From: Methylophilaceae bacterium
GTDB lineage: Bacteria; Pseudomonadota; Gammaproteobacteria; Burkholderiales; Methylophilaceae
DNA: 64,000 nucleotides
Direction: 5' to 3'
Assembly (NCBI GenBank): GCA_965656355.1
Contig: CBFHKG010000003.1
Span: forward strand, 35,903-99,902
A program made the translations under genes and the position numbers. This document shows, one piece after another, positions 48,700 to 58,416 of this stretch. Each line of letters opens with the position of its first letter. The stretch's first letter is position 1. The notes under the pieces were generated by a model. It saw only the letters and a list, made by a program, of their open reading frames with translations. It made no database searches and was not told where the DNA came from.

Positions 48700-49749
48700 T
48701 TGTCTCAAAAAAAATCTGAAGATAACTCAATTACATATATGGATTCTGGAGTAAATATTGAGGCTGGAAATAACCTAATTGAAAAAATTAAACCATACGC
48801 AAAGTCTACTTTTAGAAAAGAGGTTTTAGGTGGATTAGGTGGATTTGGTTCAATGTTTGAGATGCCAAATCATATCAATAATCCAGTACTTGTTTCTGGC
48901 ACTGATGGTGTTGGAACAAAGCTTAAATTAGCATTTGAACTTAATAAACATGACACGATAGGACAAGACTTAGTTGCAATGTGCGTCAATGATATTATTG
49001 TTCAAGGGGCAGAGCCCTTATTTTTTCTGGATTACTTTGCATGTGGAAAATTAAATACTCAAATTGCTGAAAAAGTTATCATAGGTATCAGTGATGGTTG
49101 CAAGCTAGCCAAATGTTCTTTGGTTGGTGGTGAAACTGCAGAGATGCCGGGGATGTATCAAGGTGATGAGTACGACTTAGCTGGCTTTTGTGTTGGCGCA
49201 GTAGATAAAACTAAAATAATCGACGGTAAAAGAGTAGATGAAGGCGATATCATAATTGGTATTGGTTCATCTGGAGCACACTCAAATGGATATTCCCTAA
49301 TCAGAAAAATAATATCTGAAAAAAAAATAAATTTAGATTTAAAAATTGATAATGAGACTATTGGTGATTTATTAATTAAGCCTACGAAAATTTATACGCA
49401 ATCAATTTTAGAAGTTTTAAAAACTGAAAAAATAAATGCAATGGCACATATAACGGGAGGCGGTTTGACTGAAAATATTCCAAGAGTCATTCCTAACGAA
49501 TTCAAGGCTGTCATCTCAAAAAAATCTTGGCAAATGCCTAAATTATTTAGCTGGATTAAATCTGAAGCACACCTAGACGATGACGAGTTATTTAAAACAT
49601 TTAATTGTGGAATTGGTATGGTTATCATAGTAAAAAAAGAATCAAAAGATAGAGTGATGACATCTCTCATTAACTCAAAAGAAAATGCCTTTGAGATTGG
49701 AAAAATAACCAAAAAAGTTGTTGATGAACCACAAATACAAATTATCTAA
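48700..49749 (+). CDS. purM: Phosphoribosylformylglycinamidine cyclo-ligase (AIR synthase)
   Basis: 349 aa with a TTG start. Contains 'SGTDGVGTKLK', 'DYFACGKL' and 'GGETAEMPGMY'. Confidence 0.95.
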   Translation: MSQKKSEDNSITYMDSGVNIEAGNNLIEKIKPYAKSTFRKEVLGGLGGFGSMFEMPNHINNPVLVSGTDGVGTKLKLAFELNKHDTIGQDLVAMCVNDIIVQGAEPLFFLDYFACGKLNTQIAEKVIIGISDGCKLAKCSLVGGETAEMPGMYQGDEYDLAGFCVGAVDKTKIIDGKRVDEGDIIIGIGSSGAHSNGYSLIRKIISEKKINLDLKIDNETIGDLLIKPTKIYTQSILEVLKTEKINAMAHITGGGLTENIPRVIPNEFKAVISKKSWQMPKLFSWIKSEAHLDDDELFKTFNCGIGMVIIVKKESKDRVMTSLINSKENAFEIGKITKKVVDEPQIQII

Positions 49750-50482
49750 GTATTTATTAGTTTTAATACTTTTCTCTCAAAGTCTATTCGCATTCAAGAA
49801 GCTACCAGAGAATTTTTACATTGATTATGAGCTATTCCAGTTTGTAAAACTTAGAAATATTGAAGTAGAAAAAACCCAAATATCCTCTGGTGAAATAAAA
49901 TTACAATATAAGCAGAAAAATAAAAAATATGATTTAAATATTTTGTTAAAAACAAAAAAATTTCTAAAATTTTTTGGGGATAAAGATATTAAGAGTATTG
50001 GTTTAGTAAGCAATAAGGGTCTTTTATTCAACTCATTTTTTGTTAATGACCTAAAAAAACCAAAAAAAAATATATCTGTAACTTACGATAGAAAGAATGC
50101 AAAGCTAAAAGTTGACTACAAAAAAAAGTTAACTGAAAAAAAGTATGTGGGTAATTTATTAGATATCCCAACGTTACTTCTACAATTTCATTTTGAAAAA
50201 ACCAAGTCAACATACTCGTTTGATTTTTTAGAAGGAAAAAAGATTAGGAATATTAAATATAAAAAAATTAAGGATGAAAGTATAAAAATCAATGGAAGAA
50301 GTTTTCAAACTGAATTATATGAGGGAGAAATTATCTCAGTAAAAAATTCAAAGCATTTTATTTGGCTTTCAAAAAGTGCTTATAGAATCCCTATTAAAAT
50401 AAGATTAAAGATGAAAGGTGGATTAATGATTGACCAAAATTTAAAAAAAACAGATCTTAAAATTAAAGAAATAGATGAATAG
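49718..50482 (+). CDS. DUF3108-like secreted protein
   Basis: 254 aa with a signal-like N-terminus and a Lys-rich, beta-rich composition. The assignment rests mainly on the purM-DUF3108-RsmB-like order I recall from betaproteobacteria. Confidence 0.5.
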   Translation: MLMNHKYKLSKYLLVLILFSQSLFAFKKLPENFYIDYELFQFVKLRNIEVEKTQISSGEIKLQYKQKNKKYDLNILLKTKKFLKFFGDKDIKSIGLVSNKGLLFNSFFVNDLKKPKKNISVTYDRKNAKLKVDYKKKLTEKKYVGNLLDIPTLLLQFHFEKTKSTYSFDFLEGKKIRNIKYKKIKDESIKINGRSFQTELYEGEIISVKNSKHFIWLSKSAYRIPIKIRLKMKGGLMIDQNLKKTDLKIKEIDE

Positions 50483-51740
50483 ATTTTCTATAAAGTCATG
50501 TGCTGAGGTTTTAGAAGAAAGCTTTTCTAACAACTTTCCAGCTGATTCTCAGCTGAGTTTCTTTTTTAAAAAAAATAAAAATATAGGCAAATCTGAGAGA
50601 TCACTCATTGCTGATACTTATTTTAATGTCATTAGAAATAAAAGATATCTTGAGGTTTTAGGCTCAACATCAAATCCATTTAAATTAATTCTCATATATT
50701 TAATTAAATTACAAGGAAGGAGTATTCGTGATTTATTACCCATGATAAGTGAGGAGGATGGAAAGTGGCTATCTAAAGTAAAAGCAAATAAATTAACAAA
50801 TATAGATCTCTCAGCAAAATTAAGTCTACCTGAGTGGTTTTGGCTAAAGTTATCTGCTCAATACAATGAAAAAAAAGCCATACAAATTGCTAACGCCCTT
50901 TTATTACCTGCGCAACTCTGTGTCAGAGTAAATACCCTTAAAGGTAAAGATAGGCAAGAGGTAATGACTGAACTAAAAGAATCTTTTCAGGAGGTAGAAA
51001 ACCAAATTCTAGAAACTAAAATATCGCCAATCGGTATTAATTTACCCAGAGGAAGTTATATACAGAAACATCCACTTTATCTTGAAGGTAACATCGAAGT
51101 TCAAGATGAGGGAAGTCAATTATTATCATATTTAGCTGATGCAAAAAGAGGGCAGATGGTCGCAGATTTTTGTGCTGGCGCAGGAGGTAAAACGTTAGCC
51201 ATGACAGCTATGATGAAAAATACCGGAAGAATATATAGTTTTGATATTTCAGATAAAAGATTAGATAGCTTAAAAACTAGATTAAAAAGATCAGGTGCAT
51301 CAAATATCTCAATACAAAGAATTTCAAGTGAAAATGATAATAAAATTAAAAGGTTAAAAGAAAAGTTCGACAGAGTGCTCGTTGACGCACCTTGTACTGG
51401 CTTTGGGACATTAAGAAGAAACCCAGATTTAAAATGGAAGCACTCAGAGAATTCATTGATGGAATTAATAGCTAAACAAAAAAACATTCTTCATTCGGCA
51501 GCTAGATTATGCAAAAAAAAGGGGTTATTAATATATGCAACATGTAGTTTGCTTGATGAGGAAAATGAGGAACAAGTGAAAAATTTTCTATTTGAAAATT
51601 CAGATTTTAAATTAATATCGAAATCTGTAATACTAGAAAAGTATGGTGTTGCTTTGGACGATAAAAAATACCTAAAGTTAAATCCATTCGAAAATGACAC
51701 AGATGGTTTTTTTGGAGCAGTTATGGAGAGAGTTAGATAA
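50475..51740 (+). CDS. RsmB/NOP-family RNA m5C methyltransferase (second paralogue)
   Basis: 421 aa. Contains 'DFCAGAGGKT', 'DAPCTGFGTLRRNPDLKW' and 'YATCSLL'. Confidence 0.8.
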   Translation: MNRFSIKSCAEVLEESFSNNFPADSQLSFFFKKNKNIGKSERSLIADTYFNVIRNKRYLEVLGSTSNPFKLILIYLIKLQGRSIRDLLPMISEEDGKWLSKVKANKLTNIDLSAKLSLPEWFWLKLSAQYNEKKAIQIANALLLPAQLCVRVNTLKGKDRQEVMTELKESFQEVENQILETKISPIGINLPRGSYIQKHPLYLEGNIEVQDEGSQLLSYLADAKRGQMVADFCAGAGGKTLAMTAMMKNTGRIYSFDISDKRLDSLKTRLKRSGASNISIQRISSENDNKIKRLKEKFDRVLVDAPCTGFGTLRRNPDLKWKHSENSLMELIAKQKNILHSAARLCKKKGLLIYATCSLLDEENEEQVKNFLFENSDFKLISKSVILEKYGVALDDKKYLKLNPFENDTDGFFGAVMERVR

Positions 51741-52960
51741 TGAAAAATGCAAATAAATATATACTGCTTGCCGCAATAGCGGGAATTATAATTGGGTTAG
51801 TCATAAAAAAATTTCCCGATTCATTAATACTTCAATATATTTCAGATATATCTATTTTGGCAGGCCAAATTTTTATTACTACGCTAAAAATGATTTTAGT
51901 TCCTCTGGTATTTTTTTCTATTGTAAATGGAATTTCAAACTTAGTCTCCTCTAATAAAGCCGGTACTATCTGGAGATCAACTCTTTTATACTTTGCCGGA
52001 ACCATGTTTTTCGCAGTTTTTATTGCAATGATAGCAATGAATTTGTTTAAGCCAGGCATAGGCGTTTCTATAGATGCTTGGCAGCTAGATGAGGTAGTAA
52101 CATCTGAGGCTTTATCTTTTAAAGATTTTATTTATCAATTCATTTTAGGTTTATTTGAAAATCCGTTTGCATCACTGGCAAATGGGAAAATCTTACCTCT
52201 CATTATATTTTCTATCTTGATTGGTATAGCGCTAAATGAAAAAAATAAAGCATTAAACCCAGCAAGAGATTTCTTTAAAAGCTTTTATGAAATAATTTTT
52301 AAAATTGTAAATTGGATAATGTATATTGCCCCTTTTGGCATATTTGGCTTACTGGTAAATATGGTGGTTAGTCAAAATATAACAATCTTCTCTCAAGTTG
52401 GAATTTTTATGCTGATTGTTATCGGAGTAATTTTATTTCATGGAATAATATTTTTACCAACTCTATTATTCATTTTTAATAGAGTAAATATTTTATCTTT
52501 ATGGAAAGGCGGGAGAGTGTCATTTATTTCGGCATTTGCAACAAGTTCGAGTAGTGCCACACTCCCTATTACACTGAAAGCATCACAGAATAACTTCGGT
52601 GCATCAAAAGATGTTTCTAATTTTGTTTTGCCAATCGGTGCCACGATGAATATGGATGGAACGGCAATGTATGAGGCAGCAGCGGCATTATTCATCGCAA
52701 ATTTAGTAGGACTAGATTTAGGGTTATCTCAACAGTTTGTTTTATTTTTTATTGCTATGATCGCCTCAATTGGAGCCCCTGGAATTCCAAGTGCGGGAAT
52801 GGTGACAATGGCTATGGTGCTTCAAGTGTTGGGACTTCCTTTGGAAGCTCTTGGCATATTAATACCAATGGATCGTTTGCTAGACACGTTCCGAACAACA
52901 GTAAATGTTGAAGGCGATTTAGTAGGGACCTTAATTATTGATAAATTAGTTAAGGATTAA
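51740..52960 (+). CDS. Dicarboxylate/amino acid:cation symporter (DAACS family)
   Basis: 406 aa. Contains 'SSSATLP', 'PIGATMNMDGTA' and 'D...T..NV.GD', typical of the GltP/DctA/SstT family. Confidence 0.85.
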   Translation: MKNANKYILLAAIAGIIIGLVIKKFPDSLILQYISDISILAGQIFITTLKMILVPLVFFSIVNGISNLVSSNKAGTIWRSTLLYFAGTMFFAVFIAMIAMNLFKPGIGVSIDAWQLDEVVTSEALSFKDFIYQFILGLFENPFASLANGKILPLIIFSILIGIALNEKNKALNPARDFFKSFYEIIFKIVNWIMYIAPFGIFGLLVNMVVSQNITIFSQVGIFMLIVIGVILFHGIIFLPTLLFIFNRVNILSLWKGGRVSFISAFATSSSSATLPITLKASQNNFGASKDVSNFVLPIGATMNMDGTAMYEAAAALFIANLVGLDLGLSQQFVLFFIAMIASIGAPGIPSAGMVTMAMVLQVLGLPLEALGILIPMDRLLDTFRTTVNVEGDLVGTLIIDKLVKD

Positions 52961-55900
52961 CTTTTTTTCTTCGCTCTAAAAAATCTAATGATAATGAGTA
53001 AGCTGATGGGATAACGACTAAGGTGAGTAGTGTAGAAGATAACATGCCGCCAATAACAGCAACCGATAAGGGACCATTAGTTTCTGATCCTGCACCATAC
53101 CCTAATGCGGCTGGAAGAAGAGCAAGTATAAGTGTCAGTGAGGTCATAAGAACAGGTCTCAACCTTATGGGGCATGCTTCTAAAAGTGCGTGATTAGTAC
53201 TCTTACCCTTTGCTTTAATTTGGTTGGTCATATCGACCAGTAGAATGGAATTTTTGGCAACTAAGCCGATTAATAAAACCATTCCAATCATTGAATATAT
53301 ATTCAGGCTATTTCCAGTTACCCACAACAACATCACTCCACCAATAATTGCCAAAGGTTGGGCAAGCATTACGATTAAGGGTTGAAAGAAAGAATTAAAT
53401 AGACTTGATAAAACCATGTATAAGAGAACTGTTGCTAAGGAAAAAGCAAATAAAATATTACTGGTGGTTTTGGCAAATTCTTTAGCCTGACCAACAAGCT
53501 TAATAGAATACTCACTAGGAAGTATTTTTTGACTGGCATTGTTTACAACTTTGACGGCTTCACCAAGGGAAATTGTTGGGTTAGCATAAAAATTTGCAGA
53601 GTATTGTAAATCTTGTCTACCCATGACAGCTGGACCTAGCGTTTCTGTGAAGCTCGCAATAGAATCAAGTCGAACAAGTTCTCCCGTATCTCCTTTTAAA
53701 TTAATTTTTTTAAGGTCCGATATCTCCTCAATAATACCTTCTTTTGCTTTCATTCGAATATCATACCTTTGTCCATCCCCAGGCTCATCGTTAAACCTAG
53801 CTACATCAAGCCCATTACTAAAAACGGAAATCGAATTTGCGATATTGGCTGCACTAATTCCAAAACTCGCCGCTCTCTCTCTATCAATTTGAAGATTCAT
53901 TTGAGGTAAACTGAGTTGTAAATCTAAATCAATGCGCCCTAGACCTTCGATTTGTGACAGTTCGTATTGTAGCTGATCTGCTAGGGACGAAACGGTCTCA
54001 ATATTTGGTCCGATGAGAGAAAATTGTAAAGGTTCAGATCGCCTACCACCAGCAATGGAGGGAGCGGATATAAAAGCCTTCACTCCAGTTAAAGAATCAA
54101 AATCACCTTTAATCTGTTTTATTATTTCTGATTGAGACAACAGGCGATTTTGTTTATCTTTGAGCATGACACTTATAAACCCTGAATTGACTTGACCTCT
54201 GCTTCCCAGTCCAATGGAAGAAAATACACCCTTGATAACACCATCGTATTTATCAAGAACATTTTCAATTTCAAGTAATTTTTTATAGGTATAGTCCATA
54301 TTGGAACCGAGTGGGGTTTTAAATCTAACACTAAATCTACTTTCATCTTGTTCCGGCAAAAAAGTTTTTTCGACTTTTGTAAAAAAGAATCCACTCGATA
54401 GAACAATAAGAAAGCTCAACAAAAGAACTTTCCAGCGATGATTTAGTGACCAAGTTAAGATTTGCTTATAAAATTTTTCAACCTTCATAAAAGTACTATC
54501 AAATTTTGATAAGAAATTAATTGGTTTTTCTTTTTTTTCTAAGAATTTTGAACATAGCATTGGGGTTAATGTAAGTGAAACGACTAATGAAACAAGCACA
54601 CCGCTTGTGACGACAATAGCAAATGATTCAAAGAAACGACCAACAATACCTTCCATAAAAATAACCGGACCAAAAATACACACTAGAGCAATAGATGAGG
54701 CTAACACGGCAAAAACCACTTCATTGCTCCCATTAATAGATGCATTAAAAATGTTTTTATCAATCTTTTTATGGTGTCTAAAGACATTCTCAAGAACAAC
54801 GATGGAGTCATCAACAACAATTCCAATGAGTAGGATCAAAGCTAATAATGTCATGCTATTAAAAGTAAAGTTATAGAAATACATAATAGCTATGGCTCCT
54901 AATAGGGAGATTGGTATAGCTACAGCAATAATTAATGTCGATCTTATCGAACCCAGAAATAAAAGAACAATGAGCGATGCCAGGATAGTCCCTTCCAAAA
55001 TATGCTCCTGAAGCGACTTCACCATAGACTTGATATAAATTGAATCATCTGTTGAATACTGAATTTTTAATCCCGGAGGTAAGTTTGGTGTGATTTCATT
55101 TTCAATTTTTTCTTGCACTTTTTTTATGATATCGACAGTATTGGTGTTTGCTACTTTTACAATGCCTAAGCCAATACTTGTTTCACCATTAAACCTTGCC
55201 GTTTCTCTATAGTCATCAAGACCATCCTCAACCTCAGCAATGTCTTTAACCTTAATTCCTCCTCCATCCCTGTAAGCAATAATCATTTCTTGGATATCAT
55301 TGACATTATGAAACTCTAGATCGAGTTTAAACATTTTTTCTGATTTTGATCTTACAAGAAATCCCCCTGGAAATTGGACGTGTTCATTATCAAATGCGGA
55401 GATAAGATCTTCAGCTGTAATTTTAAGTGCAGACATTTTTTCAGGTAAAAGATTTATTCTTACAGTTCTATCTCTTTTACCGCCCAATCTAATTTCACCG
55501 ACACCATCTACTGTTTCGATTTTTTTCTTTAAGATGTTTGAGGCATATAAATTAAGTTGTTGAATTGTTCGATTGCCTGTTAAAGATAGCCACATGATTG
55601 CACTTGCATTTGTTTCAACTTTTCTTACAACTGGAGGGACAATGTCCTTAGGAAGTCTACGACCAACTTGGCTTACCTTTGACTGAATTTCATTAAATGC
55701 TACTTCAATATCCTTATCTAAATTAAAGGTAATGCTAACCACTGATACACCTGGGGAGGACTCAGATCGAATAGACTCAATTCCAGGTGTTGTATTGACA
55801 GCATTTTCAATAATATTTGTAATACTAGAATCTATAATTTCTGGATTTGCTCCCTCAAGAGAGGTTGTGACAGATAGGATGGGAAATTCAACCATAGGGA

Positions 55901-56009
55901 ATTTATCAATCCCTATTTTTTGAAAACCAATGATACCAAGCAGCACAAAGATGCCAGATATCATCCAGGCTAAAACATATCTTCGAATTGAAATTTCAGG
56001 CAGCGTCAT
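52950..56009 (-). CDS. RND efflux transporter, inner-membrane permease (AcrB/HAE family)
   Basis: 1019 aa with a 12-TM, two-large-loop architecture. Contains 'SIRRYVLAWM', 'LLIGIVVDDSIVVLEN' and 'LLIGLVAKNSILLVD'. Confidence 0.92.
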   Translation of the reverse strand: MTLPEISIRRYVLAWMISGIFVLLGIIGFQKIGIDKFPMVEFPILSVTTSLEGANPEIIDSSITNIIENAVNTTPGIESIRSESSPGVSVVSITFNLDKDIEVAFNEIQSKVSQVGRRLPKDIVPPVVRKVETNASAIMWLSLTGNRTIQQLNLYASNILKKKIETVDGVGEIRLGGKRDRTVRINLLPEKMSALKITAEDLISAFDNEHVQFPGGFLVRSKSEKMFKLDLEFHNVNDIQEMIIAYRDGGGIKVKDIAEVEDGLDDYRETARFNGETSIGLGIVKVANTNTVDIIKKVQEKIENEITPNLPPGLKIQYSTDDSIYIKSMVKSLQEHILEGTILASLIVLLFLGSIRSTLIIAVAIPISLLGAIAIMYFYNFTFNSMTLLALILLIGIVVDDSIVVLENVFRHHKKIDKNIFNASINGSNEVVFAVLASSIALVCIFGPVIFMEGIVGRFFESFAIVVTSGVLVSLVVSLTLTPMLCSKFLEKKEKPINFLSKFDSTFMKVEKFYKQILTWSLNHRWKVLLLSFLIVLSSGFFFTKVEKTFLPEQDESRFSVRFKTPLGSNMDYTYKKLLEIENVLDKYDGVIKGVFSSIGLGSRGQVNSGFISVMLKDKQNRLLSQSEIIKQIKGDFDSLTGVKAFISAPSIAGGRRSEPLQFSLIGPNIETVSSLADQLQYELSQIEGLGRIDLDLQLSLPQMNLQIDRERAASFGISAANIANSISVFSNGLDVARFNDEPGDGQRYDIRMKAKEGIIEEISDLKKINLKGDTGELVRLDSIASFTETLGPAVMGRQDLQYSANFYANPTISLGEAVKVVNNASQKILPSEYSIKLVGQAKEFAKTTSNILFAFSLATVLLYMVLSSLFNSFFQPLIVMLAQPLAIIGGVMLLWVTGNSLNIYSMIGMVLLIGLVAKNSILLVDMTNQIKAKGKSTNHALLEACPIRLRPVLMTSLTLILALLPAALGYGAGSETNGPLSVAVIGGMLSSTLLTLVVIPSAYSLSLDFLERRKKVNP

Positions 56010-56012
56010 TAT

Positions 56013-57074
56013 TTAATTTTGAGTAATATTAACTTTAGCTTCATCAGTAAGATAAGCAGCACCCTCAACAGCTATTATTTCGCCAAGCTTTAAACCCGAA
56101 GTAATTTCTGTATTTCCATTTTGGGTGATACCCGTTTGAACAGGCTTTTCATATGCAACATCATTTTTAATTACATAAACAACTTGTCCAGCTGGCCTGA
56201 GGATTATGCTTTGTTCAGGAACACTTAAATTGCTTATTTCCTTAAAAATTACTGTCCCCCTAACACTTCCCCCAGCTTGCCAATTAGGCTGATTTATAAT
56301 ATCAGCAATAACATCAATTGAAAGACTATCAGAAATTAATTGGGGCTTTAATTCTGCAATTTTGACTATAATTTTTTCTTCTACTATGGGGCTTTTTAAT
56401 TCAATAGGTAATCCGGGCTTAAGTTTTGTCGCTAATTTTTCCGGAAATGGAACATGGGCTCTTAAGCGATCATTATTCATTATCTGAATTATTGGATCCC
56501 CTATTTTTAAAAAATCTCCAATAGAGGCTATCTGTTTCTCAACTTTTCCGCTAATAGGTGAGTATATTTTAGTTTTACTTAGTCTGTACTTAGCTATTTT
56601 AGCCCTTGCTTCTGATATTTTTATTAACTCTTCTGTTTCATTTTTTTGATTTACTATTTCATCAAGCGCATTAGGAGAAATAAAATTCTCATCAACTAAT
56701 TCAGAATTTCTTTGGTAGGTTTTATTTTGACCATTTAAGCGTATTTTTAGTTGACTTAATTCAGCTTCAGCTAATTCCAGTTGATAGCGATAATCTTGAT
56801 CATCTAGCTGTGCAATTAGATCCCCTTTTTTTAGGATAGTACCCGTTTTGGTGTATATTTTTTTAACTGAAGATGAAATTTCTGATCTGATTGTAGGATC
56901 CATTAAGCCTTCAATAGTTCCTATGGCTGATTCCTGATCTTTAAAGTTATAGATTTGAACTGGCGAAGTACTAATATTAATCGTTCTTTGTTTCTTTTTC
57001 TCTATTTCTTCCTCTTGCCCACAACCAAAAAGAATCAAGGATAAAAAAAATAAAATAAAACCTTTTTTAAACAT
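56013..57074 (-). CDS. RND efflux periplasmic adaptor (membrane fusion protein), lipoprotein
   Basis: 353 aa with the lipobox 'LFGCG'. It has a coiled-coil hairpin and barrel-sandwich pattern ('SPISGKV', 'GD.I'). It lies 3 nt upstream of the RND gene. Confidence 0.85.
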   Translation of the reverse strand: MFKKGFILFFLSLILFGCGQEEEIEKKKQRTINISTSPVQIYNFKDQESAIGTIEGLMDPTIRSEISSSVKKIYTKTGTILKKGDLIAQLDDQDYRYQLELAEAELSQLKIRLNGQNKTYQRNSELVDENFISPNALDEIVNQKNETEELIKISEARAKIAKYRLSKTKIYSPISGKVEKQIASIGDFLKIGDPIIQIMNNDRLRAHVPFPEKLATKLKPGLPIELKSPIVEEKIIVKIAELKPQLISDSLSIDVIADIINQPNWQAGGSVRGTVIFKEISNLSVPEQSIILRPAGQVVYVIKNDVAYEKPVQTGITQNGNTEITSGLKLGEIIAVEGAAYLTDEAKVNITQN

Positions 57075-57650
57075 TTATGAATTTTCCGAGTTTATTAAAT
57101 TCCAATCAAAAAAATGACCTGGATCAGTTTTTCTGCCAGGAGCTATATCACTATGACCAACAATATCTGTGACAGGATATTTCATGCGCAAGGATTTTAA
57201 AAGTTTTAATAGAACTTTATATTGGATATCTTCGTATTTTATTGTATCAGAACCCTCAAGCTCTATTCCAATTGAAAAATCGTTACAATTTATTTTATTT
57301 CTCCAAATTGACTCGCCTGCATGCCAAGCCTTTTTAAGGCAAGATACAAACTGTATAAGTTCACCTTTTCTTTTAATTAAAAAATGTGAGGAAACCTTAA
57401 GATCTTTTATTTTTTTAAAATAGTTATGCTGACTTATATCAAGGTCATTTTTAAAAAAATCTTCAACATAAGAATTGCCAAATTTATTTGGTGGAAGGCT
57501 GATGCAATGAATAACAATTAATGAAATGGTTTGTTTAGGTGACCTTAAATCACAATTAGGGGACTCAATTTGTGTCACCTGGGGAAGATACCCATTTTCA
57601 TCAATCCTAAATAATTTATCTTGAGAAGTCATTGATTCAATTATAATCAA
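57075..57650 (-). CDS. ampD: 1,6-anhydro-N-acetylmuramyl-L-alanine amidase AmpD
   Basis: 191 aa. Contains 'VIHCISLPP', 'SSHFLIKRKGELIQFV', 'AWHAGES', 'SIGIELEG' and 'IVGHSDIAPGRKTDPG'. Confidence 0.85.
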   Translation of the reverse strand: MIIIESMTSQDKLFRIDENGYLPQVTQIESPNCDLRSPKQTISLIVIHCISLPPNKFGNSYVEDFFKNDLDISQHNYFKKIKDLKVSSHFLIKRKGELIQFVSCLKKAWHAGESIWRNKINCNDFSIGIELEGSDTIKYEDIQYKVLLKLLKSLRMKYPVTDIVGHSDIAPGRKTDPGHFFDWNLINSENS

Positions 57651-57704
57651 GTATTTAAATAATTAAGTAATTGATTTAAATTTTTAAAGACATGAGGTGA
57701 TGTA

Positions 57705-57992
57705 ATGTTGACAGACGAATTCCTTAAACTTTTTTTTGACGCAGTTTTGTTTGGGATTGTAGATAACGGGGTAATGCTTGTAGGAGCATTTTTTGGGCTT
57801 GGACTAGAAAAATATCTACCTGGACGTTTTCAAGTGGGTTTAGGTGCAATTATTGGTGCTGGTCTTGGTAACACCGTAAGTGATTTTATGGGTGGAGCAG
57901 TCAGTTTAAATTGGGCATTAGCATTTGGAACCGCATTAGGGTGTTTAATTGCCTTAATTTTAATACCTGTCATTCATTCCATAAAAAAATAA
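57705..57992 (+). CDS. Small glycine-zipper membrane protein, unknown function
   Basis: 95 aa with about 3 hydrophobic segments rich in GxxxG ('GLGAIIGAGLGNTVSDFMGG'). Confidence 0.4.
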   Translation: MLTDEFLKLFFDAVLFGIVDNGVMLVGAFFGLGLEKYLPGRFQVGLGAIIGAGLGNTVSDFMGGAVSLNWALAFGTALGCLIALILIPVIHSIKK

Positions 57993-58014
57993 ATAGTACT
58001 ATTTTGTCAGTGAA

Positions 58015-58416
58015 ATGAAAATAAATTACATCCTAAGGCTCTACGCTTGTTTTTTTTATGAATTACTTATCCAAATTGCATTATGGTTTCTAATTGCATT
58101 TATCACGTTATATATCTTTGCAATTAATTCGACAGAACAGCCTCACCTTTTCAAGTTTATTTTGTGGGTAACTTCAGGTATTTATTTTGTCTCATCTTGG
58201 TATTACGGAGGCCAAACTTTGGCTATGAAAGCTTGGAAAATAAAGCTTGAGATCCCTAAAAAAAATAAATTTTTTGCTTGTGTTAAAAGGTACTTTTTGG
58301 TGTGTATTGGGTTAGTTTTATTTTTTATTTTTTATATGAATATCTTATTTGGAGCAAAGCAATATTTGCATGATTTGATTCTGGGATTAAAAATTAGAGA
58401 CGTTCGAACTTCATAA
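58015..58416 (+). CDS. RDD-family membrane protein
   Basis: 133 aa. 'GGQTLAMKAWKIKL' and the terminal 'LHDLILGLKI' resemble the RDD-family 'GQT.GmRa..l.l' and 'hD...gt.v' motifs. Confidence 0.55.
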   Translation: MKINYILRLYACFFYELLIQIALWFLIAFITLYIFAINSTEQPHLFKFILWVTSGIYFVSSWYYGGQTLAMKAWKIKLEIPKKNKFFACVKRYFLVCIGLVLFFIFYMNILFGAKQYLHDLILGLKIRDVRTS

